From NCBI RefSeq assembly GCF_009834535.1, contig NC_045697.1, positions 43,092,001 through 43,156,000 on the forward strand: a stretch of DNA of 64,000 nucleotides, in the 5' to 3' direction. This DNA comes from Camelus ferus (taxonomy: Eukaryota). The position numbers and the translations under genes are program-made. How positions within the stretch are numbered: the stretch's first letter is position 1; each line of letters begins with the position of its first letter. Shown here piece by piece: positions 12,591-25,894 of this stretch. The notes beneath the pieces are model-generated. The model saw only the letters and a program-made list of their open reading frames with translations. It did not search any database and was not told where the DNA came from.

Positions 12591-12880
12591 AAGATACACA
12601 CACACACACACCCATCTCTTTAGGAATAAATCCATTGAGAAAAATAAGTTACTTAAGTAAATGTGTATTTTGTGATTAAAGAAGATATGCAAACAAAAAT
12701 GAGATGTATCAAATCTTTTCATTATTAATGAATAATAATGGTTGAAGTAAAAACAAACTCTCCTAAGAGCAGAATTTGTCAGGAATCAGAACTGTTTTAG
12801 GCATCAACCTATTTTTCCTTGGGTTGTAAATCATTCTGTTTTCAAGGAAGAAGAAAAGCCATCTAAATTCTTTTACATAC

Positions 12881-12962
12881 TAGCAACTTGACATTCCTGC
12901 CCATGGGAATCGGATGATAGCTGGATTTAACAGTGTGAGAAAAATTCTCTTCTTTGGGCATT
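12881..12962 (-). pseudogene. Small fossil exon (82 nt)
   Basis: tttcctgttccaacag|...CCC AAA GAA GAG AAT ... CCC ATG GGC AGG AAT GTC AAG TTG|gtatgt: PK (G)EN, PM GRN (G)KL. Confidence 0.65.
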
Positions 12963-13497
12963 CTGTTGGAACAGGAAAAATCAGTTTTGGCTTTGTTTTT
13001 TTTTTTTCCACATAGAATGAGGGTTCAGGATTTTATTTATTTATTCAAGTTTTATTTGTCACTGGCTAGACCTTGGGGGGCATGGTCGGGTGGGAGTTGA
13101 GCTACCATATTTTAAAAATACAAAAGTAATAACAAAGGAGCCTATTTTTAAAATTTCAAGCTGAAAAACGCTTATCTTCCAGCCCCATAGCTGTAATTTT
13201 ACTTTGTCCACAACAGGTCCCTGACTTCTTTTTTCCTAGAGAATTACTGATTTCAACAGATAGCAGACTCTTGTCCTAAGCTCCCTCCTGGAATGGGAAG
13301 GGGAACACACCTTTTTTCACTCGTTCTCATTTTGTGTAATCCATCCATTTAAAGGAATCAAAACAATTTTCTGTCTTTCTGGCATAAAGATGGAGCTGCT
13401 GGCTTTTCATCATTAGGATGTGCTGTTGGGACTGTTTTCCTTGGGCTTGGCGTGGGTTTGTGCATGCACGCACATGCACACACACACACACGCATAC

Positions 13498-13599
13498 ACG
13501 GTTTTCTGGAGTTCCTGGAGGCCGATGGCATATCTTTGGGACACCTCTGGTGTCTGGCAGAAAATCTTAGAGGCCATCTCAGAATTCTACCAAATTTGC
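13498..13599 (-). pseudogene. Fossil collagen exon (~100 nt)
   Basis: ttttggtag|GC AAA TTT GGT AGA ATT = GKF GRI; later (G)TR GVP ... (G)PP GTP (G)N; donor gtgtat or gtatgc. Confidence 0.8.
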
Positions 13600-14103
13600 C
13601 TACCAAAATGGACAATAGGATCTCATTTTTCCAAAATATTTTATTCATCTGTTTATGTGTGTGTGTCTGTATCCATGAAAAAAAGATTTTATAAGGCACA
13701 TTACCAAAGTGTTAACAATTATTATCACTGGACAGGTGAGAGAGTAAATGTTTATTTTCATCTTCTTTCTTGTCTATATTTGCTGACATTTCTATATAGG
13801 TGCATATTAAAAAAAAGAGTCATTTAAAAAAGATTTAAGTAGTAACATTAAACTGATAACTCTACATGATAAAGCACAAACAGGAAAAAATGCTGATGGT
13901 ATTTCTTAAGTTATTGACTTTCTTACCAGTTGCATTAACTTGACTTAATGTTTATTTAAGGCAGAGGCACTTAATGCAGGGGCAAATGTACAGCACTTTT
14001 CTCTGCTTGCTTTGAGAATACCAAAAATGGAAAGGTAGGGAAATTGATGGGGGCACTCGTTACGGAGCTCATAGGGAGTGTGCGTCCTCCTAGCGCATGT
14101 TAC

Positions 14104-14367
14104 TCATTAAAAAAAAGTACAGAAGATTCATGACATTGCTCCTGACAGCACTGAAATTCGTTTTAATGGGGGTATGACCTAAAACAAACCTTTGATACCT
14201 GATCAAGATGATGGGCTGTTTATTTATTTCTTCTCCTTCATTTCCAGCAGCAGAGATGATTAATGTACCTACCTTTGTCGTGATGGCCTCTGTGGACAAG
14301 GTGCGTCCTTGAAGGACATTCAATGTTTTAAAGTGCTGATCCATCTCATTTCTTCCTTCTAGGCTGT
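14104..14367 (-). pseudogene. Two fossil exons (14269-14367, 99 nt; 14104-14178, 75 nt)
   Basis: ctgcctcag|AC AGC CTA GAA GGA AGA ... TGT CCA CAG AGG CCA TCA = (G)SL (G)GR ... (G)PQ (G)PS; tgttttag|GT CAT ACC = GHT .IK .NF (G)AV (G)SN (G)MN. Confidence 0.7.
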
Positions 14368-14619
14368 CTGAGGCAGAACACCAATGGGAACCCACAAGGA
14401 TCGCCTCCAACCTGAGTGGAAGGAAAATTGTCACATTGGGAGGCTTAGAGAGTCATTGCTCAAATCTCAGGTAAGAAATGTTTCAGGTGATCTCAGAAGC
14501 TGATTCACTGGTAAAAGCCATGTCCAGGTAAAATGGTGCCATGCAGTGGTGGGCGGCTGCCTGATGTATGGAGGCCTCGCACAAAGATAAGTTAAGCCAA
14601 ATAGCAATTGAGTTATTTG

Positions 14620-15262
14620 CTTTGTTATTATTATTTATTATTGTGATGAAACACACCTAACATGAAATTTGCCATCTTAACCATTTTTGAGTATACAGTT
14701 CAATAGTGTTAAGTATTTTCACATTGTTGTGTGACCAATCTCCAGAAATTTTCCACCTTGCAATACTGAGGCTTTATATCCATTAAACAACAACTTCCCA
14801 TTTCTCCCTCCCCCAGCCCCTGGCAACCATCTTTCTACTTTCTGTTCCTAAGAATTTGACTTCTCTGTCTAACTCATATCGGTGGACTCCTTCATTGACT
14901 TTTGGTGACTGGCTCATTTCACTTAGGATGATGTCCTCAAGGTTCATGCATTTTGTAGTATATGTCAGAATGTCCTTCCTTTTTAAGGCTGAACAATATT
15001 CCATTATATATGTATACTACGTTTTGTCTATCCATTCATACATTGATGGACACTTGGGTTGCTTCCATCTTTTGGCTATTGTGAATAATGCTGCTATGAA
15101 CATGGGTGTGGAGATACCTCTTCCAGATTCCGCTTTCAGTTTTTTTGTGTATATACGCAGAGGTGGGATTGTTGGAGTATATGGTAATTCTATTTTTATT
15201 TTTTTGAGGAACTGCCATACTATCCTTCATGGTGCCTGCAGCATTTTACATTCTCAACAACT
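14620..15262 (-). mobile_element. L1MA/MB 3' fragment
   Basis: [12 protein letters not shown] / [23 protein letters not shown] L1 C-terminal and 3' UTR sequence. Confidence 0.9.
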
Positions 15263-15399
15263 TGTTTTGTTATTTTTGTGGTTGTTCTTTATTATACATT
15301 TGCCATTACTCAGACTACTGTAGACTATAACTAGATTTTGAGTAGCTTGAGAACAGAGATGGTTTCTTAGGACTCTAGGGTATTATGCAGAATTTTACA

Positions 15400-15970
15400 T
15401 TCCTATGGCATAATGCTGAAGACAAGACTGAATATTTACTGATCCACCAAGTCTGAAGGCCAATCGTTCCTTATATGTTGCTAAATACTCCATCACTGGG
15501 AGATAAATGTCAGAATCTTGAGAGTAGGATTTTTTGGTGCAGGAATGTCAGGAGATGGAGACCATTATGTGATCCTTTAGGCCAGTTACTCAGGGTCATC
15601 ATTTTGAAGATGCATCAGAGGTCGCTTTAATGGCAACAATAAAAACAAGATGGGAAAACTGAAGAATCTGGCAGACGTTAGGCATCTGGCCATAGGACAT
15701 GAGATTGATAGTAGGTATATTCAGAAACACCCCACATTATGAGAATAAAAGAGAAAGAGCATTCGTTTTCAGACTTCAATGAACTTAAGGATTTCGAGTT
15801 GCCTTTGAGATAAAGATCACTTGACTCCATTCTCTGAGAGTCCCTTTCAGTCAGGTTCTACCTAAAGCTCAAAACTAGCATTTTAATAACTATTAGAGAA
15901 AAATAATTGGTGACAGATGATTCTGAATGAATTTAGATGCTGCCAGTTGATAAAACCAACTTATGACTCC
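15400..15970 (-). pseudogene. Fossil exon, strongly decayed
   Basis: ccattaacag|GG AGT CAT (GSH), ST GSI, LK GNS, T GLK (G)H; phase matches the upstream donor; 3' end approximate. Confidence 0.55.
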
Positions 15971-16134
15971 CTGTTAATGGTGGGAAACAAACGGTGTCCT
16001 TAATCAGTGACTCTCCTGCACTGGGCTGCACTGTTGTAACCAGTGCTGGGCTGGCTGCTTCATCACTTGGAGGACTTGCTGCTTCAAGAGATATCTAGGT
16101 CACCATCCCCAGTTCTCGGCTTGTGCTGACTTAC

Positions 16135-17107
16135 GCTCTACAATAACCCATGTGGTGATTCACTCTCTGCCTACAGAGGTTGGCAATTTTGAAGAAGGTC
16201 CCCTCTTCCAAGTTCTAGGATGATGATTAAATCCAAGATATAGCCAAGTCCTTTAGATGAAAGAACCCAGATGGGGACCTTGGTCATTAATCTAAATGTC
16301 ATCTGGGCTTCCCTGACTCTGAGTTAAAGATAAACTAGATTTAAACACAATATCACAGTCTGTACAAGTCTGGCCCCTTCCTAATGATTAGTGCAAATTC
16401 TACAGTGTAATTATTCCAGGTGCCTCTGTCTCTGGGTTCCCTTGAAACCCAGGAGCTCTATCCAAGAAAGTGCAAATATTTTAGCCCCTTTTTAATGTTC
16501 AGTAAGGATCCCACTCATGAACTTTCTGAGGTTAATAACTGAAAATCCGTGGAGTGACAGAGAGGCATCGTACTGCTGCACGTCACTCGTCCACCATTTT
16601 CTATTTTCCCCACACCGTCTTCTGTTGCATTTAGAAAAACTCATGCTCGCAACATGGAGCTCCCTGGGAATTGTAGTAGAGATTGTCATTCTCCCTGGGA
16701 CTGCTGCCATCTGCCAATGACCACCTCCATAAGAATTTTAGAAAATTTAATTTTTTCTACTTCATTACCAACAAATCTCTGGGGGGGAAATGTTGTGTTG
16801 ATGGTGGTTTAAGACATTTTCCCAGGACCCAGGATCCTGAGTCCAAACTATAGAACAAGCACAAAAGCCATATAAAGATCCTGAGGATGGTATGGAGAGG
16901 ATATGCCCCCATCATACTCTCTCAGTTTGCCCCAAACTCCCTCTCTTTTGCCCAAAATCAAAAATAGTCTCTCGTGATACAGACTGTAGCTCACAGAATC
17001 ATATGATGTGTTTAGCCTGAAGTAGGCTGCTCTGAAACTGGGATCAAAGTGGCTGAGTAACCTCCTTGATTTGTTTCTCTTTAGGTTCGTGTTCAAATCT
17101 TACTAGT
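16135..17107 (-). pseudogene. Large fossil collagen exon (~970 nt)
   Basis: 16433-16459 = (G)AP GFQ GNP; also SQ GSP (G)DI, DQ GPH, GFN .HP, KR GPS, (G)SP (G)EN, SQ GAP; donor gtaagt at 16134. Confidence 0.85.
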
Positions 17108-17661
17108 CTGTGTTTTTAACATTCATATGGTAGATCACAATAAGAAACAGAGAGGAAAGAAAGAGAGTGTTTGCCCCAACTGTGGTTTATTTACAGTATT
17201 TTTATTGACGCTTTAAGCACTGTAAGTACCCTAATTAGTATCTTTGGACTTGACTCATCCATATGATTATTTGATCTCTCAAGGTGAGGGGGTGGGATGA
17301 CGGAGTTAGAGTAAACTGGAGAGGAGTCTTAGCTCCTTCTAGAGCCATTAATCAGTTCCATCAAATTGTCATCACAGTCAGTGCCAAATTTGAAATGAAA
17401 ATAGAAGCAACATTTTTCTAACTAAAAGTTGAGTTTCATTTTTCTCTACAACCCGCCATCTTGAGCACTGGATTTGTGGGGAACAGGAATTTATAACTGA
17501 GATTTGAACTCTATGTAAAAAAAAATTCTTCATTTGAAAAATATAAAAGCTTATGGCAACTTTGTATCAAATGATCAAATTCTTGTATCAAATGATACAA
17601 AATATGAAAAGTCCTAGAACACTAGCAGGATTGGCTGGAAATAAACTTGTCATAAATTAAC

Positions 17662-17749
17662 CTCAGTTTTATACAAGTGGAAACGGCATTTATATCAAAA
17701 CCAGAGGAAGATTTTCAAAACCAATAGTTTTTGTCATTAGATTGATGTC
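17662..17749 (-). pseudogene. Small fossil exon (88 nt)
   Basis: ggtgttag|GA CAT CAA (GHQ) ... TCT GGT TTT GAT (GFD); donor gttaat. Confidence 0.5.
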
Positions 17750-18059
17750 CTAACACCACAAATGGCTCATTGTCATTTGATGCTTGTGCCTGCCTATTTA
17801 ATTCTTTTTTTCAAGAAACACAAAAGTTCTTTGCTTGAAGTCCATCCTTCTTCACAATTCAACTACTGTTCTCTCCTTCACACCCCTTACTTCATGATCT
17901 GTAATTCTACTGCTGTCAAAATTATTTAAAAATAAAATGTAAAGAAGTCTAGCTAGTCAGTCTGAATTAGGGGCTTATTTTTTTTTAAACCAGAAGGAGA
18001 TTTTAATTCTGTGGATTTTTATATATGTATATATATATTCAATATATATATATCTGTTT

Positions 18060-18985
18060 TTCACTTTTTTTTTAAATTGAGGTATAGTTGATGTACAATA
18101 TTATCTAAGTTACAGGTCTACCATATAGTGATTCACAATTTTTAAAGTTTATATTCCATTTACAGATATTATAAAATATTGGCTCTATTGAAGCCTATTT
18201 TTATTTAGTTGAGAAAAAGCCAGCATTGGTCACTTGGGTCATTCATTCAGTTGACACATTTCATTAAGCAGCTATTGTGCTTAGTGAAATATTAATTTTA
18301 TTGAGTAACTACAATGTACTCGCTGTATGTATGTATGTATTTATTTATTTATGTACTCACTGTATTTAGCACCGAATATATAGCAGTAAACAAAACAGAC
18401 ATAGTACCTAGTATGAAAGCCTCTAAGTAAACAAATAGAATAATTAGAAATTGTGAGTAAGCATTAAGTAGAAGACCAGAGAAGGGAACTGTGGTAGGAG
18501 ATGACAGGGTGTGTATACTTTATAGACAGGGACATGGAGGCCTATTGAAGGAGGTGACACTGAAGCAGACCTGAAGGGTGGGAAGGACCACGCTGCCTAC
18601 AGAGATGTGGGGTGGCTTCAAGGGGTTTCCCAAGCAGAGACCCAGAGGGCAAGGAACTGGAAGGCCAGAGAGCTGGCTGAAGCAGTGTGAGTTGTGGGGA
18701 GTGGCGGGAGATAAGGGGGTAAGATAGAGTTTCAGACACTCAGGACCTCGGAAGCTCATGGGGAGGAGTTCTGAGCAGTGTGGAGTGGAGACAGGACTGG
18801 AAGCAGGCAGACCAGCTGGAAGCTCACTAGGTCTGCTGCACCTGACAGGGAGGGTTAAATGAATACTTACTGAATATGTGGGTGTCTCACATGCTCTGTT
18901 AGCTTGAGATGCAATCTCTGTATCCCCAGTACCTCACGGAGTGCTTGCTATGCACAGGGTTCATGCGAATGGTTCACTGAGGGGC
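18060..18985. mobile_element. Short L1 3' end (18060-18190) plus L2 fragments
   Basis: aaattgaggtatagttgatgtac; cattcattcag...; L2-type ggcctattgaaggaggtgacactgaagcagacctgaag. Confidence 0.7.
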
Positions 18986-19055
18986 TTGACAGAAGGACCA
19001 TATAGAATTAAATATTTTATCTGGTGTTTTCTCTGACTTTACTGTATAATCTTAC

Positions 19056-19652
19056 CTGAAGAGAGTTAGGAGCATTTTTCTATGAATTATTCATTTCGGC
19101 ACATACCCTATAAAACATCTAATGTCGCTAACCTTTTGGGACCGTGGGGCTTCCCCAACCAGTATTTAGAGTAAAATCTCTGTGGTAGCACTTTACCGAT
19201 TTACCCCCTCAGCTCTTTTTCAGTTCTTGGCTCATGTGAATAAAGAGTCCAGAATGCTCTTCAGGGAATGCACAGCATGGATATATATTTTTTACTATCG
19301 CAGCAGAATTGTTTTGAATACACTTCGGTCATGAGGTTAAAGCTCTCCACCAGGAATACTTCAGCAATAATTCTGCTGCCCTCTAGCCGGGCGCTGAAAT
19401 CCCTCTGGAATGCTGGCATTACCCTTCAAGAACGGTTCTGAAATGACTTTACTCACTTGCCTGGCCTTTCTGTTCTTATTGAAATTCTTCCAGAATGCTC
19501 GCAGTAAACTTCCATCAGATGCCAGAGTAACTTTTATGTTTCAGAAAGACTTCTGGAACAATTTATTACACAAGGCAACACAAGCTTACTTTTGGAAAAG
19601 CAGGTCAAAATTGTCCTGGTGGATCTCCTGTGGTTGGGTTATTTCAGCTTTA
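19056..19652 (-). pseudogene. Fossil exons (19590-19652, 63 nt; ~19056-19530)
   Basis: 63-nt exon bounded by ttatcag/gtaagc with GDP, GQF (G)PA; larger exon SD GSL, LK GNA (G)IP E GFQ (G)PA, IP GGE, SH/ GPK; donor CAG|gtaaga. Confidence 0.75.
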
Positions 19653-19949
19653 CTGATAACAATGGGCAATTATTTGAAGGGATTGTGAAAGGGCCAGCAT
19701 AATGTACAGATGGAAGGGTTGGATTTCCTGGTTAGATTCTGCTGCCACCACCACTACTATTGTCATTTATTTTACCCTCCAATTATTATTTTCTGAGAGA
19801 CTGGGCCTTGAGTCTTGGCTCCAACACTTATACTGAATAAAAGACAGTGAGCTTGATCAGAAACACAATGTATCCTTGTAAGCTGGCCCCGAATATGAAC
19901 AGGTAGAAATCAAATTATTTTCAAAACTCAAAAGCTTGGGACTATGTAT

Positions 19950-20480
19950 GTTTTTCATTCATCTATGAATTCATTTATTGTGTAAATATTTATTAAACAC
20001 CTACTGTATGCTGTGCCAGGTACCAGAAATGCATGGGTGGACAAGATAGACATGGAATTTACAGTCTAGCAGGGGCTGTGTTGTTATTCGTCACTGCGTC
20101 TGGAGATAACACACTACACTAAGGACTTGCAGGTTTAAAACAACAAGTATTTGTATAGCTCACAATTCTGCAAGCCAACAGTTGGTGCTGAGCTCCGCTG
20201 CATTGTTCTTCTGATCTTGGCTGGTTCATTCATGGTTAAGGTCAGTGCCAAGTTGACTGGGCACTGGCTAGTTTCGCATGGCCTCAGCTGGGTTGGCTGA
20301 GCTGGCAGAGCCCTGCCCCACGTGGTTCTCATATTTCGGCAGGCTAGCCCACACTCGGTCATCTGGGTGTCTGGGCAGGGCTCCAAAAGAGATGGCCAAA
20401 GCATGCAGGGCCTCTCGAGGCCTGGGCTCGGAACTGGCGTCCTCCCTTCCATTGCATTTTATTCCTCACAAGACTTTCAA
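19950..20480 (-). mobile_element. L2 end followed by MLT1-type MaLR LTR (~20075-20480)
   Basis: tttaaaacaacaagtatttgtatagctcacaattctgc, MLT1 signature. Confidence 0.7.
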
Positions 20481-20634
20481 TTTTATTTGCAAATTATACC
20501 TCAATAAAACTGGGGAAAATGTTAATGTCTTACAGTTATATTATTTTTTCTATCACCTCAAGTTGTGGTAACAAATGATTTTTCTATTTTGATGCAATCA
20601 TTCTAATTTAAGTTAATCAGCATATAGTATTCAC

Positions 20635-20805
20635 AATGAATCGTTATCCAAAGGATAATCAGCTCTTTGGTTTTGAAGTTCTCTGTAACTAGAGTCTAGT
20701 AAATTCAGCATAGAATATTCTAGGAGAGCTTAGTTTTATATTTTGGAACATATAGCATATTCATAGTGCTGACCTTGCTAAGAGCTTGACAAAAGAGGCA
20801 TTCTC
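20635..20805 (-). pseudogene. Two small fossil exons (20774-20805, 32 nt; 20635-20682, 48 nt)
   Basis: cattcttcag|...|gtcagc and agttacag|A GAA CTT CAA AAC CAA AGA GCT GAT TAT...|gtgaat = (G)LQ .QR (G)DY. Confidence 0.55.
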
Positions 20806-20856
20806 CTGAAGAATGCATTATAAAGTCTACCAAAATACAGTAATCTGAAAGGAATT

Positions 20857-23800
20857 TTTTTTGTAACATTTTTTATTGATTTATAATCATTTTACAATGT
20901 TGTGTCAAATTCCAGTGTTCAGCACAATTTTTCAGTTATTCATGGACATATACACACTCATTGTCACATTTTTTTCTCTGTGAGTTATCGTAACATTTTG
21001 TGTATATTTCCCTGTGCTATACAGTGTAGTCTATTCTACAATTTTGAAATCCCAGTCTATCCCTTCCCACCCTCCACCCTCCTGGTAACCACAAGTCTGT
21101 ATTCTCTGTCTGTGAGTCTATTTCTGTCCTTTATTTACGCTTTGTTTTTGTTTGTTTGTTTGTTTTTGTTTTTGTTTTTTAGATTCCACATATGAGCGAT
21201 CTCATATGGTATTTTTCTTTCTCTTTCTGGCTTACTTCACTTAGAATGACATTCTCCAGGAGCATCCATGTTGCTGCAAATGGCATTATGTTGTCGGTTT
21301 TTATGGCTGAGTAGTATTCCATTATATAAATATACCACCTCTTCTTTATCCAGTCACCTGTTGATGGACATTTAGGCTGTTTCCATGTTTTGGCTATTGT
21401 AAATAGTGCTGCTATGAACATTGGGGTGCAGGTGTCATTTTGAAGTAGGATTCCTTCTGGATACAAGCCCAGGAGTGGGATTCCTGGGTCAGACTGTAAG
21501 TCTATTCCTAGTCTTTTGAGGAATCTCCACACTGTTTTCCATAGTGGCTGCACCAAACTGCATTCCCACCAGCAGTGTAGGAGGGTTCCCCTTTCTCCAC
21601 AGCCTCTCCAGCATTTGTCATTTGTGGATTTTTGAATGACGGCCATTCTGACTGGTGTGAGGTGATACCTCATTGTAGTTTTGATTTGCATTTCTCTGAT
21701 AATTAGTGATATTGAGCATTTTTTCATTTGCTTTTTGATCATTTGTATGTCTTCCTTGGAGAATTGCTTGTTTAGGTCTTCTGCCCATTTTTGGATTGGG
21801 TTGTTTATTTTTTTCTTATTGAGTTGTATGAGCTGCTTATATATTCTGGAGATCAGCCTTTGTTGGTTTCACTAGCAAAAATGTTCTCCCATTCCGTAGG
21901 TTTTCTTCTTGTTTTATTTCTGGTTTCCTTTGCTGTGCAGAAGCTTGTAAGTTTCACTAGGTCCCATTTGTTTATTCTTGCTTTTATTTCTTCTAGGAGA
22001 AAATTTTTTAAATGTATGTCAGATAATGTTTTGCCTACGTTTTCCTCTAGGAGGTTTATTGTATCTTGTCTTATGTTTAAGTCTTTAATCCATTTTTTGA
22101 GTTGATTTTTGTATATGGTGTAAGGGAGTGTTCTAGCTTCATTGTTTTACATGCTGCTGTCCAGTTTTCCCAACACCATTTGCTGAAGAGACTGTCTTTA
22201 TTCCAATGTATATTCTTGCCTCCTTTGTCAAAGATGAGTTGACCAAAAGTTTGTGGGTTTATTTCTGGGCTCTCTATTCTGTTCCATTGGTCTATATGTC
22301 TGTTTTGGTACCAATACCATGCTGTCTTGATGACTGTAGTTCTATAGTATTGTCTGAAGTCTGGGAGAGTTATTCCTCCAGCCTCTTTCTTTCTCTTCAG
22401 TAATGCTTTGGCAATTCTAGGTCTTTGATGGTTCCATATGAATTTTATTATGATTTTTTCTAGTTCTGTGAAATATGTCCTGGGTAATTGGATAGGGATT
22501 GCATTAAATCTGTAGATTGCCTTGGGCAGTGTGACCATTTTAACAATATTGATTCTTCCGATCCAAGAGCATGGAATATCTTTCCATTTTTTAAAGTCTT
22601 CTTTAAATTCCTTCATCAATGGTTTATAGTTTTCTGTGTATAATTCTTTCACCTCCTTGGTTATATTTATTTTATTACTTTGGGTGCTATTTTAAAGGGG
22701 ATTGTTTCTTTACTTTCTTCTTCTGTTGATTTATCATTAGTGTAAAGAAATGCAACTGATTTTTGAACATTAATTTTGTAACCTGCTACCTTGCTGAATT
22801 CTTCAATCAGCTCTAGTAGCTTTTGTGTGGACCTTTTAGGGTTTTCTATATATAGTAGCATGTCATCAGCATATAATGACACTTTTGCCTCTTCTTTTCC
22901 AATTTGGATCCCTTTTATTTCTTTCTCTTGCCTGACTGCTGTGGCTAGGACTTCCAGGACTATGTTGAATAGGAGTGGTGATAGTGGGCATCCTTGTCTT
23001 GTCCCAGATTTTAGTGGGAAGCTTTTGAGTTTTTCACCATTGAGTACTATGCTGGCTGTAGGTTTGTCATATATAGCTTTTATTATGTTGAGATATGTTC
23101 CTTCTAAACCCACTTTGGCGAGAGTTTTTATCATAAATGGGTGTTGAATTTTATCAAATGCTTTTTCTGCATCGATTGAGATGATCATGTGGTTTTTGTC
23201 CTTTCTCTTGTTGATGTGATTACACTGATTGATTTGCGTATGTTGAACCAGCCTTGTGTCCCTGGGATGAACCCCACTTGGTCATGATGTATGATCTTTT
23301 TTATGTGTTGTTGGATTCTATTTGCTAAAATTTTGGTGAGGATTTTGGCGTCTATGTTCATCCATGATATTGGCCTATAATTCTCTTTTTTGGTAGTGTC
23401 TTTGCCTGGTTTTGGTATCAGGGTGATGGTGGCTTCATAGAATGAGTTTGGGAGTATTCCCTCCTTTTCAATAGTCTGGAAGAGTTTGAGAAGGACTGGT
23501 ATGAGTTCTTCTTTGTATGTTTGGTAGAATTCCCTGGTGAAGCTGTCCGGTCCTGGACTTTTATTTGTAGGGAGGTTTTTAATTGCTATTTCTATTTCCT
23601 TTCTAGTGATCGGATTGTTCAAGTGTTCAGATTCTTCTTGATTCAGTTTTGGTGGACAGTATGTTTCCAGAAACTTGTCCATCTCCTCTAGGTTATCCAG
23701 TTTGGGTCCATATAGTTTTTCATAATATTCTCGTATGATATTCTGTATTTCTATTTTGTTTGTTGTAATTTCTCCATTTTCCTTTCTTATTTTGCTAATA

Positions 23801-24794
23801 TGTGCTCTCTCTTTCTTCTTCTTTGTGAGTTTGGCCAGAGGTTTGTCGATTTTATTTACTTTTTCAAAAAACCAGCTTTTGGTTTGGTTGATTTTTTCTA
23901 TGGTCTTGTTAATCTCTATTGTATTTAATTCCTCTCTGATCTTTATTATTTCCTTCCTTCTGCTGCTTTTTGGGGCTTTTTGTTCTTCTTTTTCTAATTC
24001 ATTCAGGTGGTGGGTTAAATTGTTTATTTGAGATTGTTCTTCTTTTTTGAGGAAGGCCTGTATCGCTATAAACTTCCCTCTTAGCACTGCCTTTGCTGTG
24101 TCCCATAGGTTTTGAGTGGTTGCGCTTTCATTATCATTTGTCTCAAGGTATTTTTTAATTTCAGCTTTGAATTCCTCATTGATCCATTGTTTTTTCAATA
24201 ACATATTGTTTAATCTCCATGCTTTCCTTTTTTTCTCCTTTGTTTCTCTGTTGTTGATTTCCAGTTTCATGGCATTGTGGTCAGTAAAGATGCTTGAGAT
24301 AATTTCTATCTTCTTAAAATTGTTGAGGTTTCTTTTGTGCCCAAGTACATGATCGATCCTGGAAAATGTTCCATGTGCAGTTGAAAAGAATGTATATCCT
24401 ATTTTTTGGGGGTGTAATGTTCTGAAAATATCCACCAAATCTAGTTTTTCTATTGTAGTATTTAATTTCTCTGTTGCCTTGTTTATTTTCTGTCTGGAAG
24501 ATCTGTCTAGTGATGTTAATGCAGTGTTAAAATCTCCAACTATGATTGTATTCCCATCAATATCCCCCTTTATCTCTGTTAGTAATTCTTGTATGTACTT
24601 AGGTGCTCCTATATTGGGTGCATATATATTAACGAGTGTAATATCCTCATCTTATATCACTCCTTTAATCATTATAAAATGTCCTTCTTTATCTTTCTTT
24701 ATGGCCTTTGTTTTAAAGTCTATTTTGTCTGAAATCAGTACTGCAACACCTGCTTTTTTGGCTTTTCCATTTGCATGGAATATCCTTTTCCATC
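20857..24794 (-). mobile_element. LINE-1, 5'-truncated within ORF2, relatively young
   Basis: ORF2 fragments with endonuclease, RT and C-terminal regions; 3' UTR with AATAAA and a short poly(A); exact 12-bp TSD CTGAAAGGAATT at 20845-20856 and 24795-24806. Confidence 0.97.
21700..24793 (-). pseudogene. L1 ORF2p (endonuclease/reverse transcriptase), frameshifted into several pieces; C-terminal piece continues to ~21250
   Basis: [55 protein letters not shown] in ORFs 23185..24438, 22667..23188, 22077..22652, 21179..21742. Confidence 0.95.
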
Positions 24795-24924
24795 CTGAAA
24801 GGAATTGTTAATGTGTCAATTTAAAGAATCCTGATAAGATTCTATGGACCGAGAATTCCTAAAAGCATAATTTTATATTATTATTATTATTATCATTGAC
24901 AGGAGGCAGCATTGTTCTACATAC

Positions 24925-25021
24925 GGGAGCAATGGAACATGTAAATGGAAGGTTTTGATCAAGAGTTAGACCTTTTTCACCTTTCAATGTAATTTTTTTC
25001 TTAATGGCAAATGACAGTACC
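24925..25021 (-). pseudogene. Fossil collagen exon (97 nt)
   Basis: ttatttcaag|...(G)IK .KI .LK GEK GLT .DQ .LP ...|gtatgt. Confidence 0.75.
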
Positions 25022-25894
25022 CTTGAAATAATGTACATGGCATAACCTTTCTTAATATTGAAAAAAGTCACAGATGGTGGTTGAATTAATAAGAAGGGAG
25101 TATGTCATATATTTATGGCGACCAGGGTGTGTTGGATAGTCTCAAGTTCAAATATTTTGACCAGTGGTTAAACCATGTATTAAAACAAAACTTATGGTTT
25201 TAGAAATACCGGTTGCTGGAACAATAATAGAGAAATCACTGAGTCAAAGGCGCAGGTTCAGGTGCAAGCTCTCGGTCCCAGTGGCTGAGTATTTTGAGAT
25301 GACCGTGTAGTTTAGTAGAAAAACATGTGTTTTGTGGCCAGATGGGGCTGGTTTCAAAACTTAGGTTTTCTACCTGCCTGTCCTTAGAAAAATTAAATTT
25401 GAAAACTTCCTGAGCAATTATTTCCTTACCTGTAAATTCTGAAAAATTACCCTGACCTCATGAGATTTAAGGAAAAATGCAATAATATGAATAAACTCTC
25501 TGATTCTAAGCCTGGCACACAGTAAATATTTAATGCTTCAATTTTTCTTTTCCAAAATAGAGACATGATACTTACTGTGGCGCACTTCAGCCTAGTGCTA
25601 TAAGAACATGGGGTCTGAGTCGGGAGTATCTGAGTTAAACCTCCAGCTGTGCCGTGACAAAGCTGTGCATCTTTGGGCAAGTTAGGTCAGGATGAACTGA
25701 AGTTTCAGCTTTGGCCTTGGGGTTCATCCCTAGTCTGCTGTCTGCTTTCAGCTTTGGCCTTGGATTTTGGACAGGCAATTAGTTAAATGCCAAGTTCAGT
25801 GTCACTTTTCAACAGTCAAATAAGTTACCATCAAATTCAGTCAGCAAAATATTATTATTTACATAAACAAAGTATGTCTATCAGATGCATTGCT

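Noticed and set aside
5288..12894. Shared 13-mer AGCAACTTGACAT in two fossil exons
   Set aside because: Matches of this length are expected by chance in 64 kb.
9791..14367. Stop-free spliced chain suggesting a live secreted protein with an RRDKR furin site
   Set aside because: Depends on picking weak donors, ends in stops, and collagen motifs switch frames within exons, indicating decay.
19050..19072. Recursive-splice-like site ctaactctcttcag|gtaaga
   Set aside because: Coincides with the donor of a fossil exon; no long active intron is evident.
22791..24811. Plus-strand hydrophobic ORFs
   Set aside because: Antisense shadows of L1 ORF2.
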